Below the pieces are notes generated by a model, which was not told the origin of the DNA, did not search any database, and worked only from the letters and a program-made list of their open reading frames with translations. A stretch of 57,839 bases of DNA, filler included, from Catajapyx aquilonaris (lineage: Eukaryota): NCBI GenBank assembly GCA_000934665.2. It is 3 parts of 3 records of this genome, joined end to end, with 100 filler letters (N's around TTAATTAATTAA, not from the genome) between each part and the next. Parts side by side here need not be neighbours in the genome. Positions count along the whole stretch, not along the records: positions 38,626 to 57,839 come from JYFJ02006515.1; 2 more parts are not named here. One strand, given 5' to 3'. Position 1 is the first letter of the stretch. Each line of letters starts with the position of its first letter. This document shows positions 49,306 through 57,839 of this stretch, in pieces. Both the position numbers and the translations under genes were made by a program.

Positions 49306-51082
49306 ATGATGAAATTGGGAAGATTCCAGTGCCCCTGCTGCCCAGACAAGGTCTTCACCAGGAAGATGGACCTGTTTATACACAGCACCACCCACTCCAA
49401 ATGGGACAGGGTCAAGGTGGAGCCAGAGGAGGAGGAACAGGTGGTGAGGGCCACATTCACATTTACCAAGGAGGAGATGGACAAGCGAGGTTGGGAAGTG
49501 ATTAGAAGTGGTCTGAAGGTCAAGGAGGAGCCAAGGGAGGAGGAGGAAGAGGGCAACATTACTGCAGCCAGGAAAGTGATCACACCGGTGCAGCAGAAGA
49601 GGAGGAGGAGGACGGAGGGAGGCTTGACGATGACAATCATGGCCCAGCCAGGGAGGATGAGGAGGCAGACGGTGGAGGTGGAGACACAGGTAGGCAAAAC
49701 CAGGTTAGTAAGCAGATTGGACATGCTCGCATATGATGGAGTGAGTACTCTGGTACCAAAAGTAAAATGTCGACAGTTTTAAGAAACTTCAAGGATCTGT
49801 CCATGCATCCCCTTATGTATTGTAGGCCTATCAAACTCAAAGGTGACACTCTGTGTTTTCATAGCTGTGGTGTGGTGAAAATCCCATTTTGAAGTCTGGA
49901 CTTTCTCAAGTGGCCAGAAAATGTTCCAACAACATTCTGTTTTTTGTTTGTTTGTTTGTTTGCTTGTTTTTTAATGACCATGGTAAATCCTGCTTAATTT
50001 TGTGAATCATGTGTTATTCCTTAAAACCGATATTCAACCAAATCGTTTCTTGCACAGCGATGTGCCAATGTCACAGTGGCCAATTTGTCCTGTTACCACA
50101 CCTCATGCAAGATATAATTAGAATGAACATTAATGTTAAGGTAAAATACCAGTACATGATTTTAAACGTAGGCTGGAAGAGCCTCTAAATAGGCATTTCC
50201 CCATGTTCAAAAATGGCAGACAATGGCAGAAAATGGCGACATTATCTGTCCCTGTCACTACTCAGTACAACTACTCAGTACGTGGCGAAGCAGCGAGGTT
50301 GCCACAGGGACAATAACCTTAGGTAGGCCTACCAAAATGATAAAATAATGTCGGTTAGGATGAAGGAAACCTGTTGGCTCACTCCAAGTGGAATGTCCCA
50401 GTAGTATTATTGCACTTCATGCATTCCTAATTCCAACCTTTTCCCTTCAATAAACCTGCATTTACGTACTGTATTATCATGAATTTAATAAGGTCATATT
50501 TACCAATTTCAGAGAGAAGGTTCTGAAAAGAAGATGGATAATGGGATCCAGCCAGGCATGGACAAACGGAGACAATTGGAGGGGAATGCTTGTCAAGGGA
50601 CAATTAGTTCCCGGAATGAGTTGAAGAGTCAAAAGGAAATTAAGTGCAAAGAAAAGCCATTCAGTTGCCAGGTTTGCAAGAAGAACTTCACTCAGTCACA
50701 ACATTTGAATTCACACATGAGAACGCACACAGGCGAGAAGCCATTCACTTGCCAGGTTTGCAAGAGAAACTTTATTCAGTCAGGACAGTTGAATTCACAC
50801 ATGAGAACGCACACAGGCGAGAAACCATTCACTTGCCAGATTTGCAATAAAAACTTTAGACACTCACAAACTTTGAATTCACACATGAGAACTCACACAG
50901 GGGAGAAGCCATTCCGTTGCCAGGTCTGCAAGAAGAACTTCACTCAGTCACAAAATTTGAATTCACACATGAGAACTCACACAGGGGAGAAGCCATTTAG
51001 TTGCCATATTTGCAATGAGAGGTTTGCTCAATTAGGAGGTTTGAAATATCACGAGAGAACACAGCACACAAAAGAGAAGTGA
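49306..51082 (+). CDS. C2H2 zinc-finger protein; exons 49306-49689 and 50513-51082 (1 N-terminal finger + 5 tandem fingers)
   Basis: FQCPCCPDKVF..H..H, VKVEP/VKEEP motifs, five fingers with TGEKP linkers. Phase-0 intron gtaggc..tttcag joins the exons in frame. Confidence 0.85.
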
Positions 51083-52792
51083 TTTCGGTGTTTAAGATCT
51101 CATTCAAAAGGATGTACTTGTACATTAGTCCAGTTATCTAAACACACCACATCTTCTAGAATTGCGACAATGGAATTCAGCTACCTGTAGTAAAACCCTG
51201 CAACTCAACTGGACTCAATTCTGTCACTGGTTGAGAATATTGCTGCCTAAACTATTTGAACTAGTATTGTTGAATTGTAAGCAAAATAGTTGGGACTTTG
51301 ATACGTGTCTGCAGCAGCAGTTTAGATATGTATTTATGAAGAGAATTGTCTACACCTGCAGAGTGCAGATATGTGGCAGAACGTGGAAAGTCTTGTAAAA
51401 TAAATGTGGGGAAGTGAAAAGAAAGAAAGAAAATACTCTAGGCGTTTAGAGTTGATTAGAGCTTGACTAAGCAATTTCAAAATCAATTTCATTTAATTCC
51501 AAACTTTGATTTTTTGAGTTGCATGTAAGATTATTCGCGAATTATATTTTTCTGCTGTATAATTATGGTACGTTTGACGTGTGGATTAAAGTGTGACTTC
51601 TTGTTCAGTTATGCCTGCCTTCACTGTGCAGTATAATTAATCCCCTGTTCGTGTGATTGGACTCAAACAGAATGCTTCATGGAAACATACTGAACAACAT
51701 CGAATCTGATGTCAATTACAGAGGAATTTTATCCGACAGTATTTTGGGAACAGTAGCGTCGTTAAATTGAGAGATGTCAAAGGTGCATCCGAAAGTCTTT
51801 TGAATTACGATAAGTTTTTGTCGAGTGTTCACATGTGGTACGTTGGGATTTTGATTTCTACTCTGGTCCTGCTGGTGGAAAAGTCAGAGAGTCATTTAAA
51901 AAATAACATGCAATAATTTTTTTGACAATCGTAGTGCATACGGGACTTTTAAAATGTTGTTAGCAAACTCTAAACCACATTTTATTATAAATGATTGAGA
52001 TTTTGTTGGTGGAAACATAATGGTTAAATGCATCGATTTGAGGAAAAATGGTATATGAAAATATTTAAAATAAATTATTTTCAGGAACAGTCGATATTAT
52101 TATATATGGTCACAGTTTTTTAGCCGCTAACTTCGACGTCTTATCTGCATTTGTATTTTTATCAGTAGGATAATGTTCAATGTGTTTACTCAAATATTAA
52201 ATTACTTATTCGATTAAAAACATATCCAGCTTTCTCTGGCGTGAGCCCGGTTCAGACCTACAGACGGACTGATGTGCCAATAACTTCGCCAATTTTTGGA
52301 ATTTTACGGATTTTAAAACAAGGGGAACTTTCTGTTGCGGTGCAGAAAATGGTAAACGTGTTAATATGACATTGACAAATTTCTTTTATGGCTAAAATGT
52401 CTGCTCTGTGTGACACCAGCCGGTGTCAAAAATGTATTTGCTCGTTCATTGGTGTCAAAGGGGAAAACCTATTCGAAATCAGAAAGTGATCCGCCTAAAT
52501 TTTACCCATATTTACTCAGAGATATTAACTTTTAATTAATAATGTAGGTTAACAGATAATGCCCGCTTTATATCCTCACACAAGGTTGAGGCATCTTTTC
52601 AGCATGAATACTAATTGTCCTGTGCCATTAAGAGGTTAAATTTGATGACTATTGTTATGAGCAGCACCGAGAATGGCATTTCCATATAGTCTAAAAATGT
52701 AACGCTTGATGTGTGAAAGGCGTAGCAATAGCTTTTGAGTCAGTTTCTTCTTCTTGTTGTTGTTGTTGTTGTTGCTCTTGTCATCACACAGC

Positions 52793-53354
52793 TTATGTTT
52801 TCCGAGGGCTTCTCGTGGTCACCAGTGTCGCCATGATCACCAGATTTCTCACCGTCTGCTTGACTACAAGTGTCCTCGAGCCCAGCATTTGCTTGTTCTC
52901 CAGACCAACTCTGTCCCCATCGCCATTGGCAACAAGCCTTGCCAACATAGCCTTCCTCTCTTCCAAATACCTCACTCTTGCTTCCAGTTATACTCGCGGT
53001 TCCGACGTTGGGCCTCTGCGGCCATCTGCATCTGCACGAACTCTTCCTTCAGTTCCTTCCTGAGCTTCTCCATCATGGAAGCTCTTCCATCGGCCAGGGG
53101 CCCAGGGGGCCTCCTCGCAACACTGGGGAATCGCCATCTCTGCCCCACTTGTTTCCCTGCCACCTACCTAGAGTTCTGTCCTCTCCGACCTCCATCCTGC
53201 GCCTCAGTCCCTCAACATTTACCTTCCAGTGCATGGATCCACTGCCCTCCTCGGCTTTGGAGCACCTCTCTTCCCCCAGGATGACTCGCAGCTGCTCAAG
53301 GAACGCCATCTTCCTCTGCGACGTCCAATCCGGCGTTGTGGTTCCGATATCCAA
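52793..53354 (-). pseudogene. Frameshifted Myb/SANT-like (trihelix/MADF-type) DNA-binding protein with coiled-coil tail
   Basis: Three abutting ORFs read WTSQRKMAFLEQL..HWKVNVEGL..RTL / AGKQVGQRW..EKLRKELKEE / RYLEERKAML. No introns at the junctions (~53165, ~52975). Confidence 0.55.
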
Positions 53355-53917
53355 ACACTTCTGACACCAATTTGTAGTGCCTCACGATGAGGCGGCAGAG
53401 ACACCACAAAATAATTCAGGAAAACACACCGGGGGAAAGGGTAAAACCACCACTGTGGACTCTGTTCAGGACAACACGTACAGTACAGTACTGCACATCT
53501 GTCCAGGAGGACGATAGAACAACAACTGATCAATTCCAAAACATCAACAACGTACACTACAGTATTTCACGAGAAAACAACATAGATGTATTGCCGGAGA
53601 GGGAATGGTCGGATAAACCGAGCAGTGGGATAATCGGAGTTCTACTGCAAATAACAATTCGATGTTGAAGAAAGAAAGTTAGTTATATTTGCATCGTTAT
53701 TAACTGGGATAAAATAATGTGCAACTATAAACCGCAGTTCGAGAAAGAGCAAGGTTGGTTATTGATATAAATTACTTGATATTTACGAGTAACAGCTACT
53801 GTTGGTCTTTTGTCTTGGACCCCGGGCCAATATCAAGACAGTGTTCCAATGCAGTAGCTGTGACTCATCATTTCTCACAGTGTTGTCACATAAAAGTTAT
53901 AAAAAATACACTCATAT

Positions 53918-55957
53918 TTATAAAATTAAAGGACGGCATTTGCGAAATTGCCTAAGAGTAACTAGTTCGACAAAAAATCCAATTAAGCTCATTCCCCAAG
54001 AAAAAATTAAGAGGAAATAAAAGGCCCCTCGCATCTGAGCAAAGTTGAGGGCCATCAATCGCTTGAGGAGGAGGTCCTTCTTCCGGGCATCTCTTATTCC
54101 CATGTTCAGGCAGGCGTGCTCGAAGGACCTACGGAACTTGTCCTGCAAACCGGTCGCCTTCACGTACATCGTCATCCTGGACAGGATCTGGGTCATCAGG
54201 CTGTGCTTCTCGGTCAGGAAGGATCCTAGAATCATTATCCCCTTTTCTGCGGCGAATTTCGTCTGCAAGTGTCCCGCCTTGTCCGCAAACTGGTAGTTTC
54301 CTGCTATGAGAAAATCGTATGGACTGATGCAGCAGTGGTCGGAGTTGATTGATTCCAGTATGCACGTGTTGAGGTCCGCGTGTTCGGTCAGGTTACTTGC
54401 CACTGAAGAAAAGTACTCCAGTCCCACGAGAGCACCGCTGACGTAGCCCTTAATGAAAGCGATCGTGCCCCAGGTCCACTTGGGCCATTCCTGGTGCTCC
54501 CTGAAGGTCTCTGGGAGGTCCTCCATCAAAGGAGAGGCCAGGAAGCCGAAGTAGAGTGCCTCGTACCCACAGATGATGACCAGGGAGAAGGCCCACCAGA
54601 AGGAGATGAATATCCGGGGTGGTTGGGTGGAGGGGACCAGGTTTGGGTTCTCTTCGATCAGGGTGGAGGAGACGTACCTCAGGGAGTACAGGAGGAGGCG
54701 GGGGGATGACCACCTAAGGTCACCTGATGGGAAGGGTGGGATGGGACTCAACTTTAAGAGGAGGGCGAGGACTGCGCTGGCAAAGATTACGGAGACCATC
54801 ACCATCGCCCACATGTCCGGAGTGTACGGTCGGAGCATCGCATTCCAGGTGTATCTCACTCGAGGGGCCCTGGTTACGAACGTGATGATGGCAAGTCCAT
54901 GGGGAAAGACGAGGTCGATCACCGAGGGCATGAAGTCTCGGCATGCGCCTATCCCGATAACTCCCTTTCTTCTGAGGATGTCGCCTGTTACACCGGTGTA
55001 GTTTCCGTCTGGCAGTAGCACGTCCACCATGAGATCGCTCTCCGACACGGGAGACTCAAAGACCCAGTCGAAATGCATGGTATCACTAATGGGCAGAAGG
55101 ATGGATATCTCTGCGAACATGGGCATATTGTTATCCAGAAGGTAACGGAGCTCGCTCTTGCTCAGGTCGAAAACGAATGATCCGTTGAGCAACTTGCCGT
55201 GCAGATTCCGGGAATAATCCGGGAAGAGATCCAGACCTGCAGGGATTACTTGTCCTCTTCCGGGGTCGAACCATCCCCGAGTGACCACCCCGGGATGACC
55301 CCCCTTGCAAAAGTGGCAGTTGGAGAGCAGCTTGGGCATCCCTGGAGAAGGGTGACCTGCCTCGACCCCTGAGGAGGTGTCCACCCCCACCAGGAAGAGG
55401 AACCTCTCCGTGACCCCGTGCAGCATTACCTCCTCCAGCCCTCTCCCTCCACCCTCGCTGACCCATACCACGAACTTGTCCCTTCCAGTCTGGATGGAGA
55501 CCAATCTGGCCACCTGCTCCACCAGTGATCTCGGGTCATGGTGGTGGTCGGATGATGGTGACCCGAAGAGCAAGAGCAGGTACACCGCGCACTTGTGCTC
55601 CACCGCACCAGGTCTGTGCAACCAAGAGAACCAGTACTCGAACTGACCTGAGTTGACCTGGTGTGACCCCCTCTTCTGCCGGGTCATGGTGGTGGTGACG
55701 GGCAGCACTGGGGTCACCCCCACCCGGTGTATCCTCCTGATGAACCCGGATAGTTCAGGCCCGTTGAACCTTCTTCCTTGGTCCGTGGCAGGCACCAAAA
55801 GGCAAGAAGGGTACATCCGACTGACTAAATGGACAAACTCAGTCACCCGAAACAACTCACTGTCCTCCTCTCGAAGGTGAAGGGTCACCTCCCCATCCAC
55901 AACCGCCACCAGAAGAAGGAGAGAGACGAGCACTGATGGCAACGAGTGAAGCCCCAT
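53918..55957 (-). CDS. Divergent ionotropic receptor (IR/iGluR-like chemosensory receptor), intronless, 679 aa
   Basis: Signal peptide, DGNYTGVTGDI (S1), LRPYTPDMW + M1, RIFISFWWAFSLVIICGYEALYFGFL (M3), ALNFAQMRGAFYFLL + M4. Possible TATA box at 55999-55993. Confidence 0.9.
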   Translation of the reverse strand: MGLHSLPSVLVSLLLLVAVVDGEVTLHLREEDSELFRVTEFVHLVSRMYPSCLLVPATDQGRRFNGPELSGFIRRIHRVGVTPVLPVTTTMTRQKRGSHQVNSGQFEYWFSWLHRPGAVEHKCAVYLLLLFGSPSSDHHHDPRSLVEQVARLVSIQTGRDKFVVWVSEGGGRGLEEVMLHGVTERFLFLVGVDTSSGVEAGHPSPGMPKLLSNCHFCKGGHPGVVTRGWFDPGRGQVIPAGLDLFPDYSRNLHGKLLNGSFVFDLSKSELRYLLDNNMPMFAEISILLPISDTMHFDWVFESPVSESDLMVDVLLPDGNYTGVTGDILRRKGVIGIGACRDFMPSVIDLVFPHGLAIITFVTRAPRVRYTWNAMLRPYTPDMWAMVMVSVIFASAVLALLLKLSPIPPFPSGDLRWSSPRLLLYSLRYVSSTLIEENPNLVPSTQPPRIFISFWWAFSLVIICGYEALYFGFLASPLMEDLPETFREHQEWPKWTWGTIAFIKGYVSGALVGLEYFSSVASNLTEHADLNTCILESINSDHCCISPYDFLIAGNYQFADKAGHLQTKFAAEKGIMILGSFLTEKHSLMTQILSRMTMYVKATGLQDKFRRSFEHACLNMGIRDARKKDLLLKRLMALNFAQMRGAFYFLLIFSWGMSLIGFFVELVTLRQFRKCRPLIL

Positions 55958-57839
55958 GGCGAACTAGTCCTGTCCTGGCTACAACCAGACCTTTTTATAA
56001 CCTCTCTAAGAACGAATTGGCAGGAATTAATTCACCTCCGTCTATTCACCCAGTCTTCTATTGTAACCAAGTTTTAAATATCGACGTCTTTGATGTCTGA
56101 CAAGGTCTTCATCGCCCCTCTTAGTTGTAACATGAGACTCCAGGAAGGCGACAATTGACATATCGCGAATTTTTTTGTATTTTGAGAAAATGGGCATAGA
56201 CCCGGGCCACCCTTCCCCCGAATCTGTGCCACTCACATGCCACTATCACTGTCAAATGTAACTAAAATTTCGGTAATAAAGGCGGTAATGATGGCAGCTA
56301 ACCTGCTCTTTGATGCAATTTTCTAGCCCATACTTATCAATTTTGGAAACTGGAAGCCTTCTTTGATAGAATATAATGCATCGTATGCGTCATAAAAGAA
56401 CAGATACCCTCCTTTTAGCATATTACTGTCATATACCACGCAACTTTGTGTGTCGGCATGGCATCCATGTCTCCTGACTTGTAATCTGACTGCTTGCGTG
56501 GTAGACTATTTTACTTATAGAAATAGACCTCATCTTCCAGTTATCTTGCGATTTTTTTCACATTTCGAAAAAATGATTGCGATTCCATTCCCAGGATTCC
56601 CAGGAAGCATGGTTGGGATGACCATGTGGGTCTGTGTCATGCCGCGCGCACTTTATCAATATTTATGTTATTTATTGATCGTGCTCGTCGGCAGGACTTG
56701 GGGTTGACCCCAGTTGTGCTCACCATAACAGCATGTGATGAGTAATTAAATTTCACACTTTTGTACCCTTTCTGTTTTTAATATTTTTATAGCAATACAT
56801 TCAATCTCTTCACGGAGATTTGCTACAGATTTTTAACTTCATGACTGTATCCCAAAATTATACTGTCGAAGCAGTAATCCATTTGTTCCTAATGGCGGTC
56901 ATGTTTCCAAAAATGGCCGCCTTAAAATTAATATTTCCTTCATTACCTGAATATATGCAAGTTAGGTGTCTAATTATATGTTTGTATGGATGCTGGATTC
57001 AATGAAAGGCTCTAAATCGTTGTCGGAAGTCCATAGAATGAGATATTAAACATGGCGATCAAAATGGCCGCCTTATAGCCTCACCTAGTCACATTGGTGC
57101 AACTCTTGCAATTGGCGCACAGTAGGGCGGCTCGAAAAACACATTTTTTCGAAAGTTGTAGTTCGCTAGTGAAAAAAAGTTGTGTTGGGAGATCCTTTTG
57201 ACAGGTAAAAAATCTGAGTCATGTGGGTTAATATCATACGGCTCCACCAGGGGCGTAAGTGACGCAACTTCCGGGTTTTCCTTTTTTTTGGTCCCCTTTT
57301 TGGTTTCCCTTACGGCAATAATACAATGGTTGTATGAGGCCCGTCTGGTTCGCCAGCGACGGTACTCTCTTCCTCGAGCGGTCCTCGGACCTGACTCGCA
57401 TTTCTTGGTTGGACGGGGTGCTTGGGAGAATATCCCACCCCCGTCCCTGGGTTGGACCCGGCATTGCAGTACAGCCGGGGCCAGCCCTCCTCTCCCCCAC
57501 CCTTCTCACCCACCCCTACCTTGCAATCCCACACCTTCCTCTCCTACCCCCGGCTGCCAAGGCTCGACTCAGACAGAGCCATACAAGCTGGGTAACCCTT
57601 CCTACCAACCAACAACCAAGGACGGTTTACTAGGGGTCTTTCCGAATCAAGTGGGCCTAATGTTGCTAGCCCGCCTCAGATCTTGGTGAAAATAATCCCA
57701 GATGTACTCATCTATTCCTTAATGCTGCCTATAAAAATTCAGTCATATTGCTCAATACTATGATGAGGGGAAATCTCACAAACATCTGGAAATGGCTTAA
57801 AACGAGGCCTTTTTTGAAGAATTTCTTTTGGTTAGTGTA

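Noticed and set aside
50654..51010. 84 bp periodic repeats as a CRISPR-like array
   Set aside because: They are coding C2H2 finger repeats. There are no unique spacers or cas genes, and the DNA is eukaryotic.
52050..52640. piggyBac-like end (..aagaggTTAA), also TTAAcccctt at ~10877
   Set aside because: I found no matching opposite TIR or transposase remnant.
56800..57839. 169-aa ORF at 57180-57689 and repeated aaaatggccgcc motifs
   Set aside because: Non-ATG start and no recognisable domain. This is probably transposon-end debris that I cannot delimit.

Overview
Eukaryotic (arthropod, probably pancrustacean) genomic DNA made of three unrelated ~19.2 kb contigs (1-19232, 19333-38525, 38626-57839) joined by artificial N44-TTAATTAATTAA-N44 linkers. 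Contig 1 holds a tandemly duplicated two-gene cassette of BTB-BACK-Kelch (Cullin-3 adaptor) genes: A1, B1, A2 and a deleted, frameshifted pseudogene B2. A1 and A2 differ mainly in the substrate-binding loops of the propeller, and several foldback/MITE insertions lie around the genes. Contig 2 holds GDAP2 (minus, 8 coding exons) head-to-head with a 15-exon androglobin (plus) that has an upstream RFX X-box and apparently degenerate heme, IQ and calpain-Cys sites, followed by an SLC17/sialin-like transporter. Contig 3 holds a takeout/JHBP gene, a tRNA-derived SINE, tRNA-Arg(CCT), a C2H2 zinc-finger gene with a decayed upstream copy of its first exon, a mariner-derived palindrome, other hairpin elements, a frameshifted Myb/SANT-like pseudogene and an intronless divergent ionotropic receptor. 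All gene models were built by eye from GT-AG signals and frame continuity. Family assignments rest on remembered motifs, not database searches.
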